DNA from: Nitrosopumilaceae archaeon
GTDB lineage: Archaea > Thermoproteota > Nitrososphaeria > Nitrososphaerales > Nitrosopumilaceae
Direction of reading: 5' to 3'
Length of the DNA: 64,000 nt
NCBI GenBank assembly: GCA_965214835.1
Contig: CBDCCK010000002.1
Coordinates: 2,112,001 to 2,176,000, forward strand
Each line of letters begins with the position of its first letter. Position 1 is the stretch's first letter. Positions 18,700 to 27,947 of this stretch are shown here, one piece after another. The notes under the pieces are model-generated. The model was not told where the DNA came from. It made no database searches and saw nothing but the letters and a program-made list of their open reading frames with translations. The translations under genes and the position numbers were made by a program.

Positions 18700-19100
18700 T
18701 AGGGGAGCCATACATATGTGCATCAAAGCGCAAGCAGAACGAGTTCAAGGAGGCAGCGCAAAAGCTGATCAGGGAAAATACGGCACAAGGGTATACGGTA
18801 CTGGCAGAAGACGAGTCCTCCGTGCAGAAGACCTCGAACAGCCCCAAGCGTGGGTGGACAAAGCGCGGCATGAGCGTCACGGTGCCCTCGTCCCTGTCAC
18901 GGCCGCGCCGGTACATGTTTGGCGTACTGTCAGCTAGTAGACTTTATGCGTAATCGGTTCAGATCTAGGATTATTAGGAACAAATTCATCTCATTCAGGT
19001 CGATTACGCATAAAGTCTAGTGTATTCTACTTTATGTTCTATGACAAGACCAGCACCGACAGCTTTTGCGACTTTTTTGGCAAATGCACACAAGGTCTGA
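18700..19100 (+). pseudogene. IS630-family transposase fragment interrupted by a MITE
   Basis: TVLAEDES..RGW..YMFGVLSAS|VFYFMFYDKT..F; frame is restored when the MITE plus one AGT is removed. Confidence 0.7.
18939..19018. mobile_element. 80-bp MITE (family D)
   Basis: Perfect 18-bp TIR AGACTTTATGCGTAATCG, 3-bp TSD AGT; solo ends at 21018 and 25610-25625. Confidence 0.88.
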
Positions 19101-19228
19101 TCTACAAGCTTGGCGGTCATTTTACAGGAAGTTTTTTTGGATAGCCCCGGCTGATTTCTGGAAAAATTCCGGATAATGCAAGCTATACTTTTCTGACTGC
19201 AAAGATTTTACGTGGGCAGATCCCAGTC

Positions 19229-19741
19229 ATGCACATGAAAAAGCGCCAGATTGTAGTCATCGGGCACAACGACAACGGCTGTACGCCCGAGCACGAGAGG
19301 ATTGCATATGATACCGGTGTCGAGGTTGCAAAATCCGGCTCGGTCCTAGTTACCGGAGGCCTGGGAGGAGTGATGCGCGCCTCCTGCCATGGTGCATCTG
19401 ATGCAGGGGGCATAACCGTGGGCATACTGCCCCAGGATGATCCCGGCTTTGCCAACGAGTACTGCCAGATTGTAATACCAAGCGGCATGGGGCTGACCCG
19501 GGACTTTCTCAACGCGCTTTCGGCAGACGGCATCATAATCATCGGCGGCGGCTCTGGAACCCTCTCTGAGGTGTGTGCCGCGTACATGCACAAAAAGCCG
19601 ATGGTCGCAATCAGAAACACCGGCGGAACCGCCGACAGGTATGCTGACAGCTATGTCGATCACCGGCAGAATGTGAAGATCATAGGTGTGAGTACGCCAA
19701 AGGAGGCAGTGGAAAAAATCCTGGAACTGATCACTTCATAG
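19229..19741 (+). CDS. TIGR00725 / LOG-like Rossmann-fold protein
   Basis: VTGGLGGVM, VGILP, GGGSGTLSE. Confidence 0.88.
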   Translation: MHMKKRQIVVIGHNDNGCTPEHERIAYDTGVEVAKSGSVLVTGGLGGVMRASCHGASDAGGITVGILPQDDPGFANEYCQIVIPSGMGLTRDFLNALSADGIIIIGGGSGTLSEVCAAYMHKKPMVAIRNTGGTADRYADSYVDHRQNVKIIGVSTPKEAVEKILELITS

Positions 19742-20867
19742 ACTCTAGTAGCGGATCCGGCCTGTAGAACTCGCCGCCTTCCTGTGCAAGCCTGTCCAGC
19801 TCTGCAACGATTCTGCCCATCCCGATCTCCCTTGCCGTCTCAAACAGCGGCCTCTTGAGGCCCAGCCCCAGCCTTGCGGCCATTTCGAGCTCCTCAATGT
19901 CGCTTGCCTTGTTTGTGACCAGCCATGCTGCATTGTTGAGAACATTTGCCACCAGCGGGATGGGGTCGAACTTTCCTGCCAGCTCCTCTGAGAGCCCCAC
20001 CCTCTCATACTTGTCATCAGAGTACCTGTAGAACCCCTCGCCTGATTTCTGGCCCAGCCTCCCATCTTCGAACATCTTCCCGATTGTAGGATGCGGCAGG
20101 ACAACCTTCTTGTCCCTGAGATGCATCTCGGTAGTCGCCTTGTGGATGACGTCCATGCCGGTAAAGTCTGCCAGCTCAAAAACCCCCATCGGGAACCCCA
20201 TCTTGAACTTTACCGCAGAGTCAATCTCCTCCAGGGAGGCGCCCGTCCTGTCCATTGCATAGCATGCCTCGTGGACCATGGGGATAAACAGCCTGTTGAT
20301 TATGAATCCGGGAACGTCCCGCCTGCACAGGACTCCTTGCTTCCCTACGGACTCTACGTACTCCCTTGTCAGCCTGAGCGTCTCCTGGGAGGTCTTTTGG
20401 CCCGGGATGATCTCGACTAGCTTCATCAACTGCGGAGGATTGAAAAAGTGGATTCCGATGAATTTGTCCGGGCGCGAGATCGACTCTGCAATCTCGGTAA
20501 TCGGCAGCGTGCTTGTGTTTGATGCAAAGATCACCCCTTCATCGGATGCCTCGTCTAGCTCCGCATAGACCTTTTTTTTCAGATCCATGATTTCAGGAAC
20601 CACCTCGATTACCATCTCTGTGTCCCTGACTGCCTCCTTGAGATCCACGACCGGCGTTATTCTTCCAAATATTGCGTCTGCCTCGTCCTTTGGGATTTTT
20701 TCCTTTGAGACCATCTTGTCTAGGCTCCACCTGATCTTCTCCATCGCCTTATCCAGGAACTCCTGCCGGATGTCCCGCAGTACCACGTCGTATCCTGCAG
20801 CAGCTGAGACCTGCGCTATTCCGTGTCCCATGACCCCCGAGCCTAGAACCGTGATGCTCTTTACCAT
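19731..20867 (-). CDS. 3-hydroxyacyl-CoA (3-hydroxybutyryl-CoA) dehydrogenase
   Basis: GSGVMGHGIA, ASNTSTL, GIHFFNP, PGFIINR, GFPMG. Confidence 0.93.
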   Translation of the reverse strand: MVKSITVLGSGVMGHGIAQVSAAAGYDVVLRDIRQEFLDKAMEKIRWSLDKMVSKEKIPKDEADAIFGRITPVVDLKEAVRDTEMVIEVVPEIMDLKKKVYAELDEASDEGVIFASNTSTLPITEIAESISRPDKFIGIHFFNPPQLMKLVEIIPGQKTSQETLRLTREYVESVGKQGVLCRRDVPGFIINRLFIPMVHEACYAMDRTGASLEEIDSAVKFKMGFPMGVFELADFTGMDVIHKATTEMHLRDKKVVLPHPTIGKMFEDGRLGQKSGEGFYRYSDDKYERVGLSEELAGKFDPIPLVANVLNNAAWLVTNKASDIEELEMAARLGLGLKRPLFETAREIGMGRIVAELDRLAQEGGEFYRPDPLLESMK

Positions 20868-21164
20868 AAGTGAGGGATCCTGCCATCCCTTATTATCCTA
20901 TTTGACCGGCGATCCTTGACGTGTTGTCTGAAAACCATGTTCGTTAGTAACTGATGTCCGTCTACATACATTTTGGATCACTTTTTCTGACTGCTTTTGT
21001 GAACAGGCTAGGACACTAGACCTTATGCGTAATCGGTTAAAATCAAAAAAGTCAGGCAGCTTTTACGTCATTTTTGACAAATACACAAAGTATGATGGTA
21101 TCAGAAGGCGGTTGATCCGTTTGCATTCTTGCCAGTTTGACCCAGCTAGGATGCATTTTGCTTG

Positions 21165-21254
21165 TACGAGGCCACCTCTCATTGAGCAAATAGGCGTGAA
21201 TTCGCATGCTGCTGTGATTTTCATGCCTAGCCAGCAATGGGACGTGACCACGTA
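21165..21254. mobile_element. ~90-bp MITE family A (TA-bounded)
   Basis: Ends TACGAGGCCAC / GTGACCACGTA; homologous to 23210, 42741, 48648, 53450. Confidence 0.8.
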
Positions 21255-21336
21255 TGCTGTCCCGTCCGGTTCCTATCCTATAAGCAACCACGTTTAATCC
21301 GCATGGTTTTTAACGGATTTTCAAGCCTAGCTTGGC

Positions 21337-21501
21337 ATGGGGCTGTTTGGACGCAAAAAGGACGACAAGAATACAAAGTGCAAGGAATGTGGGCTGGATC
21401 TGCCCACCCCCGAAAGGCTTGAAAGGCACATGAAAAAGGCACACGGAAACATTCCTGAGAAAAAGTTTGATCCAAACCGTGCCGGGGATGGTACCTGGTA
21501 A
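21337..21501 (+). CDS. small C2H2 zinc-finger protein, 54 aa, below ORF-track cutoff
   Basis: MGLFGRKK...CKECGLDLPTPERLERHMKKAH; stop overlaps next ATG (TAATG). Confidence 0.8.
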   Translation: MGLFGRKKDDKNTKCKECGLDLPTPERLERHMKKAHGNIPEKKFDPNRAGDGTW

Positions 21502-21779
21502 TGGATGAGCTAAGCGACGGGAAAAAACACACCCTGATCTTCGGGGGCGCCCTGGTCATTGCGGGCCTAGTTATAGCAACCGTGGTGTTTCCCTTCTGGA
21601 ACCTGATACGCGAGGATGTCTTTGAGGAGGCCGAGATTCTAAAAAACGACGGGGGGATCTGCTATGTGGAGACCTCCGACAAGATCCCAAAGACCATTGA
21701 GGACTGTACCCACATGCCCGGAGACATCGTGGTGGTAAAATACGGCCGGGGACTCGCATGGGCGACCATCGAGCCCTGA
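21501..21779 (+). CDS. hypothetical membrane-anchored protein
   Basis: One TM helix; coupled to upstream ORF. Confidence 0.7.
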   Translation: MDELSDGKKHTLIFGGALVIAGLVIATVVFPFWNLIREDVFEEAEILKNDGGICYVETSDKIPKTIEDCTHMPGDIVVVKYGRGLAWATIEP

Positions 21780-21811
21780 ATGCTTAATACCGGACGGCCC
21801 GATCCACCGTC

Positions 21812-22219
21812 ATGGACTGCATATTTTGCAGGATTGCAGGCGGCAAGATTCCTGCAAGGATACTGTACGAATCCAACAGCGTTATGGCGTTTTTGGACGC
21901 GTTTCCACTGGCAAGGGGGCACTCCCTTGTAATTCCCAGGCGGCATTTTGAGAGGATCCAGGACATGCCTCCTGATGTAAGCTCTGCAGTCTTTGAAGTC
22001 GTCCGCAGGTTGGCATCCGGGGTTGATGCCGTTGCCGGCTCCACGCTGGTCGCTGTCCATAACGGACGGGGAAGCGGCCAGGAGGTTCCTCACGTCCACG
22101 TACACCTGATTCCCAGGGGACCTGATGATGGTGCAGGCACGGTGCACACCATGTTCAAAAACAGCGTCGAGCTAGATGACTCTGACCTTGCCTGCATCCA
22201 GGATGCCCTGAGGCTCTAG
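21812..22219 (+). CDS. HIT family hydrolase
   Basis: DCIFC, GHSLVIP, HVHVH. Confidence 0.95.
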   Translation: MDCIFCRIAGGKIPARILYESNSVMAFLDAFPLARGHSLVIPRRHFERIQDMPPDVSSAVFEVVRRLASGVDAVAGSTLVAVHNGRGSGQEVPHVHVHLIPRGPDDGAGTVHTMFKNSVELDDSDLACIQDALRL

Positions 22220-22881
22220 TGCGGGTATAGACGTTCCCTGGTGTCGCTGTTTTTGACGTTTATGGCTCTGGTCGGGCATGTCTCTGCTGCATTCATGATC
22301 TTGTTGATGCCCGCGCCCCGTCTGTTGATTACCCTGGATTTCGGGTTGGTTTGGGACTTTTTATCGATGTGAAAGACCTCTGGCGCGATGATCTCGCAGC
22401 TGCAGCACCCTATGCACAGGCTGGGATCCACGTCCACCAGCAGATCCGGCTGCTCCTTGGGCTCCTTTGTCTTGTCAAACTCCCCGTTTTGCCCGTCTGC
22501 ATTTACGGTCCTGTCGTACTCATCCCAGAACTTTCTTTCGTATTCTTTCCACCACTCGGGGTCTCCCTCCTCGAACCCCCGTGTGAACTTGCCCCAGTCC
22601 TGCTCCGGGGGATCCCCTCTTGGCGGTGCACCCCACGGTGACTGCGGCTTTGGCCTCCGGCGCGTCTTTTCTGTAGCGGTCGCCTTTTTTCCATTTTTAT
22701 GAAAGTCCTTTAGGACGTTGTAGGCCTCGGTGACCCTCTTGAACTTCATGCCGTCCTTTGACTCCTTGTTTTTATCCGGATGTGACTCTAGGGCCAGCCT
22801 CCTGTATGCGTCTCTGATTTCATCTAGGGTCGCGTCGCTTTGCAGCTGCAACGTCTGGTATGCCTGACTCGTGTTCACCAC
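22216..22881 (-). CDS. DnaJ-ferredoxin fusion (DnaJ-Fer)
   Basis: J-domain HPD plus CIGCCSC...CP ferredoxin. Confidence 0.92.
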   Translation of the reverse strand: MVNTSQAYQTLQLQSDATLDEIRDAYRRLALESHPDKNKESKDGMKFKRVTEAYNVLKDFHKNGKKATATEKTRRRPKPQSPWGAPPRGDPPEQDWGKFTRGFEEGDPEWWKEYERKFWDEYDRTVNADGQNGEFDKTKEPKEQPDLLVDVDPSLCIGCCSCEIIAPEVFHIDKKSQTNPKSRVINRRGAGINKIMNAAETCPTRAINVKNSDTRERLYPH

Positions 22882-23103
22882 CTTTCCAGTCTTCTTACTG
22901 TTTTAAAAACAATGTCTATTCTACGACCTCCTTGCCCTCGACTATCCACGCCAGCTTGACTATGCATAGAAGCCTTGTCTCTGGCCACCGTAAGGCACAC
23001 AAGGCGGCACCTAGTGCCTTCTATCCTACCGTTCTTGCCGTCATGTAGGACTCGGCCGTGCTGGTGCCCGGCCTCCTGTGTCATACCTTGTGGGTCATCT
23101 TCG

Positions 23104-23200
23104 GTAAGAGCTTGCACGCTCCAAAAGACACAGCGTGATGGGCAGGTGATCAAGGGTTTTGTCTTGGCATCAAAAACTATTGGGCTGCTCACCTCCATAG
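23104..23200. mobile_element. degenerate IS66-derived MITE
   Basis: Starts GTAAGAG; internal GGTGATCAAGG like 49179 and 58260; right end eroded. Confidence 0.45.
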
Positions 23201-23209
23201 ATCTAGCTG

Positions 23210-23298
23210 TACGAGGTCACCTACCCCACAAATCAGGCACGAATTGGCATGTACAATTGTGATTTCCATGCCTAGCCAGCAAGGGACGTGACCACATA
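23210..23298. mobile_element. MITE family A
   Basis: TACGAGGTCAC ... GTGACCACATA. Confidence 0.82.
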
Positions 23299-23322
23299 CA
23301 TCTAGCTGATCAGAAAAACCAC

Positions 23323-23409
23323 ACAACATCAGATCCTCAACTCTCTAGGCGTAAAACATTCATCCAAATTTCCTGTTCACGCCTGATTTTACGGATGATC
23401 TGACGTTGT
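23323..23409. mobile_element. putative MITE
   Basis: TIR ACAACATCAGATC / GATCTGACGTTGT (12/13). Confidence 0.55.
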
Positions 23410-23476
23410 ACAATCATTATAAGATACTAGCCTTCTGCGTCCTCAAACCCCCCAATACCGCCTATTGACAGCCTTT

Positions 23477-23935
23477 TCATTTTATGATGCCTGTCGCTCT
23501 GCCCTTGAAGTCAGACTCATACCATGTCGTCTTGTACTCTGCGTTTTTTCTAGGCGGGATGTTGACTGCAATGTGCGCAAAGGTCTTCCGGGTGCTCGTA
23601 GAGCCATGCGTGTGCAGCTGCCTTGCGGGGATGTATGCTGTGTCTCCTTTTTTTAGCGAGATTTTCTGCGTCCTTTTGATGCCAAAGCTGTCATTTTTAC
23701 CCCCATGCCTTTTGAACAGCTCCAGGCTACCTGGGCCCTCTGTTACAATGAGAACTTGGCCACCGTTGTGCCAGTGAAGCTTGGTCCTTGAACCCTTTTC
23801 AAAGTAAACGTGGTACATCTTATGCTCGGTGATTTTCAGCGCCTCTCCGATATCCCTCATGCGTGTCTTTGCAGTAAACCAGTCCGGATTGATTCTTCTC
23901 TGACTTCCTCCTGCGTAAATATTGATTTTGTCCAT
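23477..23935 (-). CDS. cupin domain protein
   Basis: HWHNGGQVLIVTEG and IPARQLHTHG cupin motifs. Confidence 0.9.
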   Translation of the reverse strand: MDKINIYAGGSQRRINPDWFTAKTRMRDIGEALKITEHKMYHVYFEKGSRTKLHWHNGGQVLIVTEGPGSLELFKRHGGKNDSFGIKRTQKISLKKGDTAYIPARQLHTHGSTSTRKTFAHIAVNIPPRKNAEYKTTWYESDFKGRATGIIK

Positions 23936-24121
23936 AATCTAAGCACATGCATGTATGTGATATACTTAGCTATATACTCGGTTTTCCCATCTATGTTAAA
24001 ACGCCCGGGCCCTTTAGCGGTGGCAAGCTGTGTCTCTCTGATCCACGCCTAGTTTGATATGGGCCGCCTTATGGCTTACGCTGGGTACAGGGGTCTGTTC
24101 CCCGTGTGGGAATGGTGCGCA

Positions 24122-25253
24122 TTACTTTGCTGTCTTCTTCCCAGCCTCGGATGGCGGCTCGGATGCTGCTGCAGTAGTAACAGCGGCAGTAGCAGCAGCC
24201 TCTGCCCTGTCCATCTTGAGGCCGTACGTCCTGGGATCGTGTCCGGAGTATGGCGTCTTTGTCACGAGCATGGACCAGATGATCCTGATCATCTTGGTTG
24301 CCACGTACGTCCTGGCCACCATGGACCTTGCGCTGCTCCTCTTCTTGGATCCTGCATGGATCCTTCCCATCCTCTCGTCGTATATGGCAGCCGTCCGCGC
24401 AGCCTGAAGCATCGCCCGGTTGCACCTGTGGTTGGATGTCTTTCTCATCTTGCCGCAGTACTCCCTGTCGCCGGACTGGTGGACGGTCGGACACATGCCG
24501 AACCACGCAACAAGCTTGCCCGGGGTCTTGAATCTGCCAGTATCTCCGATCTCGGAGACCAGCAGCATGGCCGCGAGTCGATCCCCGGAATGCTCATCGG
24601 GATCCTCGCATCCTCGCTGGCGCCGGCCTGTGCGGCTATCTTCGTCTCGATGTCTGCAATCTCCTCCGTGGGCTGCCTGACCCTTCTGGTATGCGCGCCA
24701 AGAACCGCCCCGTCGTTGGGATCATCAGGTGCCATGTCTGTCAGCTGCCTGAGTCCCTTGTCGGAGTACGCGTGTGACGAGTCGATCCTCTCGTAATACC
24801 TGTCCGGGAGGCCGTGGATCCGGTTGATCACGGCCGTCCTAGCCTGCACGGGGCCGATCCTGCAGCGCATCAGCTCCATGACGCTCCAGAGTCCGGGCGG
24901 TGCCACGTAGCACTTGGGAACCATTCCGGCCCTCAGGGCGTTTGTGAGCCTTCTTGCGTCGATTGGATCAGTCTTTACGTCAATGTCCGAGATTATCCGC
25001 ATCCTGTAGGTGTTGGCAAGCTTGACGGGTATTCCTGCGGACTAGAATGCCTCGTAGGTCTTGAGCCACATGTTGCCTGCGGACTCGCAGACGGCCTGGC
25101 AGTTCCTTCCGTAATTGAGCCTTGTCTTCCTGGCAAACAGGCCCGCCCTCCTTGGAGGTGTTCTCGTATGCCGTCTCTTCTTGGATCCTCTTTTTGTCGT
25201 CCATAATGCACGCTATGCGTTTTCTCTTTCCAATGTCTATTCCTATGCTGCAT
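24122..25253 (-). pseudogene. IS110 recombinase, multiple frameshifts/stops
   Basis: SIGIDIGK, KTDPIDA, GMCPTVHQSGD distributed over several frames. Confidence 0.9.
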
Positions 25254-25291
25254 TACATCTTTTCTCGTCTTCCTTTTTTTGTGGTTCAGAG

Positions 25292-25437
25292 GCTGCACAC
25301 GTCCATCAGCACGCCGTGGTGCACGAACACTGCAGCTCGGAATTACCGCATTCAGAAGTCAGCGCGCGGGGTGCATGGGAAGACAGCGGTTGATCCACGT
25401 CACCACTGCTACGGGCCCGGGCGTTTTAACCCGTGTT
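25292..25437 (-). ncRNA. predicted IS110 bridge RNA (copy 2) with a different target guide
   Basis: Same scaffold as copy 1; guides GTCTTCCCA and ACTTCTG match own flanks and the host MITE TIR. Confidence 0.75.
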
Positions 25438-25439
25438 CA

Positions 25440-25549
25440 AAAGTTCCCCACAAGACGGCTGCAAACTCGAAACGGTTCAAGCAAGGCTGCCTACAGATCC
25501 GCACACATCCATCTGCACCGCCACGAGTCAGTTACTTCTGGGAGGACTG
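25440..25549. mobile_element. MITE family C, copy 2 (remaining part of its left TIR at 23979-23989)
   Basis: Right end ACTTCTGGGAGGACTG; internal CTACAGATCCGCA and CCACGAGTCA. Confidence 0.7.
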
Positions 25550-26051
25550 TAGCTTGGTCTGATCAACGCATCTGCGTTTGGAAAACCTTGCGGAATTTTT
25601 AACCACGGTCGATTACGCAAAGTCTACTTTTCACTTAGCTGACTATAGCGTAGCACGCAGCACGGCTATGCCAGCTCCCACCATTAGGACATCCACGGCA
25701 CTTTCCATCATTTTGTCTACTGTGACTTGATTTAAGGTGTAACTCTTGCCGTTTTTCTGTTGTATGATCAAACGAAAGCGGTTCCGGAATTGGTGGGATC
25801 ATGCGACAGGCAAGCACGTACTAGACTTTTGCAGATGTAATTCGTGCCTAAAATCGTAAATCACCCAAGCCCGATCTGCTGCTGATGTGTGATACCACGC
25901 CTCCTTGGTAGCCATGCATGAAAATCAGTTCCATGCAGCTCGTACCTGGTTGCTAGGTGGAATGAGGCCTAGTGCATTTTGGTTAGGAAATTTAGCATTT
26001 TGTCTAAACAAGCAAAGCTGATCCCTATAAGATCACTTTTCACTTAAAACT

Positions 26052-26225
26052 ATGTCCTTCCAAGAACGGCAGCAGATGAGGAGTATAGACGAGCTAATCC
26101 TCCGGGCCACCCCAGAGGAACTCAAGAAAATCCAGGAGCTAGACGTCTCTACCCAGCTTGACGGCAGGTCGTTTTATGATACGTGTGTAGAGTCAAGGGA
26201 ATCCCCACTTGCCAGATCCAAATAG
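26052..26225 (+). CDS. small hypothetical protein, 57 aa, below ORF-track cutoff
   Basis: MSFQERQQMRSIDELILRATPEELKKIQELD...; TATA-like TATAA about 25 bp upstream. Confidence 0.55.
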   Translation: MSFQERQQMRSIDELILRATPEELKKIQELDVSTQLDGRSFYDTCVESRESPLARSK

Positions 26226-26265
26226 CCATTCTTAGTTTAAATGAGGGAATTTCAGCTTCTTGCAT

Positions 26266-27327
26266 ATGTCTGCCACAAAGGCCGTCAAAAAGACTGCCAA
26301 AAAGACGGCAAAAGGCACCGCCAAAAAGACGGCTTCAAAAAGAGTATCCAAGAAGACCAGAGTCGTCTGCATCTCCCACAAGGAGGATGCAGACGGAATC
26401 AGCTCAGCGGCGCTGATCCGCCAGGCGTTTGGTGGCGACTCTATCCTAGTTGACTATCCGGGACAGATGGATGCCATAGAGCAGGTATCTGGAGATGAGA
26501 GGCTAAAGGCACTGTACATCTGTGATCTGGGCCTCAGCAAAAAGAACCAGGACAGGTTCGTCGAGATCATGGCCGGACTTCGCAAGAGGCGCGTTGCAGT
26601 CACATACATTGACCACCATGACATTGATCCTGCAATCGCCAAGCAGCTAGGTGAGATCAAGGTCAGGATGATCCACGACACCGGCGAGTGCACCGCAGTT
26701 CAGGTGTACGACTCGTACAAGTCAAAGCTGAACGAGCACGCCTCGTTTGTTGCAGCCTGTGCCGCAATTACCGACTACATGGAGGACAGGCCAGTTGGCG
26801 CTAGGTTGCTGCAGGTATATGACAGGCAGTTTGCCTTGATCAACGCCACCGTCCTCACATACAACATCGTGGGGCATCAAAAGGACGAGGACTATCTGAT
26901 GTACCTGGTGGGGGAGCTGGCCGACTCTAAATACCCGCACCAGATTCCAAACTCCTTTGAGTTTGCACAAGTCCAGGTGGAGAGACTGGCAGAGGTCATC
27001 GCCAAGGTCAAAAAGGGGATGAAGAGGATGTCGAACCTGGGCCACATGGAGATTCTGGATGCCGGGGCAAGTGGCGCCGTAAACTTTGTGCTCGGCCTGT
27101 CCGGCAAGGACGTCGGGGTCGCCTACAAGGAAAGGGTTGATCACGGAATCTATGCCGTCTCTGTGCGCGGCTCCAAAGGCTGCAGGATCCACCTTGGAAA
27201 GATCGTCAATGTCCTGGCTGCCGATCTGGGTGGCTCCGGCGGCGGCCACGACAGGGCCTGCGGCGCAGTCATCCCAAAGCCCAAAATCAAGACATTCCTG
27301 AGGGAGTTTAACAAAAAGCTGGGATAG
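26266..27327 (+). CDS. DHH/DHHA1 phosphoesterase (RecJ-like) with K/A/T-rich N-terminal tail
   Basis: DADG, ICDLG, IDHH, GGGHDRACG. Confidence 0.9.
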   Translation: MSATKAVKKTAKKTAKGTAKKTASKRVSKKTRVVCISHKEDADGISSAALIRQAFGGDSILVDYPGQMDAIEQVSGDERLKALYICDLGLSKKNQDRFVEIMAGLRKRRVAVTYIDHHDIDPAIAKQLGEIKVRMIHDTGECTAVQVYDSYKSKLNEHASFVAACAAITDYMEDRPVGARLLQVYDRQFALINATVLTYNIVGHQKDEDYLMYLVGELADSKYPHQIPNSFEFAQVQVERLAEVIAKVKKGMKRMSNLGHMEILDAGASGAVNFVLGLSGKDVGVAYKERVDHGIYAVSVRGSKGCRIHLGKIVNVLAADLGGSGGGHDRACGAVIPKPKIKTFLREFNKKLG

Positions 27328-27396
27328 GTGCACTTAATCTGGGGCGCTTTTTTGTTCGGGACTGCAACTGACGCATCGTATGGGGTTTATGCCCTT

Positions 27397-27495
27397 GGAC
27401 AGGCATGCGCTAACCTGCGTGCAAATGTAATCATATTTGGGATTAAAAGTGGGATCAGAGGAATTGCAGGACAGGCATGCGCTAACCTGCGTGCA
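27397..27495. repeat. two perfect 27-bp direct repeats, 45-bp spacer
   Basis: GGACAGGCATGCGCTAACCTGCGTGCA at 27397 and 27469. Confidence 0.9.
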
Positions 27496-27578
27496 GCTGC
27501 AATCTTTATGTCTGGTCAGTAGGGATGTGGCCTCATACTTGGATAGGCTCTTACCTACAGGCCACGAATAGTCTGTTG

Positions 27579-27718
27579 AGTACATGATAAAAACACCCCA
27601 CTGTAGTCAGGGTGCTGGATCAGCCCCCACCATGCACGTGCTTCGCGCACTATCTGTTGAATGGGGCAGTCAGAGCTGCTGTGTTACTGTGCTTTACGTA
27701 CTGGTAGATGACTGCAGC
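27579..27718 (+). ncRNA. predicted bridge RNA of the mini-IS110
   Basis: Both loops and closing stems retained; TCTGTTG and TAGATG match its own flank and junction. Confidence 0.65.
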
Positions 27719-27947
27719 TTTTGGTACATCAAGACTAGGCGGAAAGAAACCGTCTGCGATGACTCGCCTCCTGTCCCACCACCCATCCAATGATCTGGGA
27801 GGATATGACATGACCGCACTGGGACAAGGCAGGTGCTATTGCATCGTGCAGCCAGCTAGCTGTAAAGTGGGTCACGATCAAGTAGGCATGGATCAGAGGA
27901 AACTAGGAGCATCGTCGTTTCTGCGATGGGTGTTTTTAACATAGATG
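27579..27947 (+). mobile_element. non-autonomous mini-IS110 (both non-coding ends, no recombinase)
   Basis: Collinear with the 5' and 3' non-coding regions of copy 1; TG core at both ends; sub-terminal IR ATGATAAAAACACCC / GGGTGTTTTTAACAT. Confidence 0.9.

Larger units (their letters stand above)
23988..25437 (-). mobile_element. IS110-family element copy 2, inserted into the TIR of a family C MITE
   Basis: TG core (CA at 23988-89 and 25438-39 on +); sub-terminal IR GTTAAAACGCCCGGGCCC at both ends; same length as copy 1 within a few bp. Confidence 0.9.

Noticed and set aside
22216-22881. DnaJ-ferredoxin fusion as a novelty
   Set aside because: Already described in Thaumarchaeota and plants.
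21015-25628. Composite transposon bounded by family D ends, both flanked by ACT
   Set aside because: The family always targets AST, so the match is uninformative; the enclosed genes are housekeeping-type.
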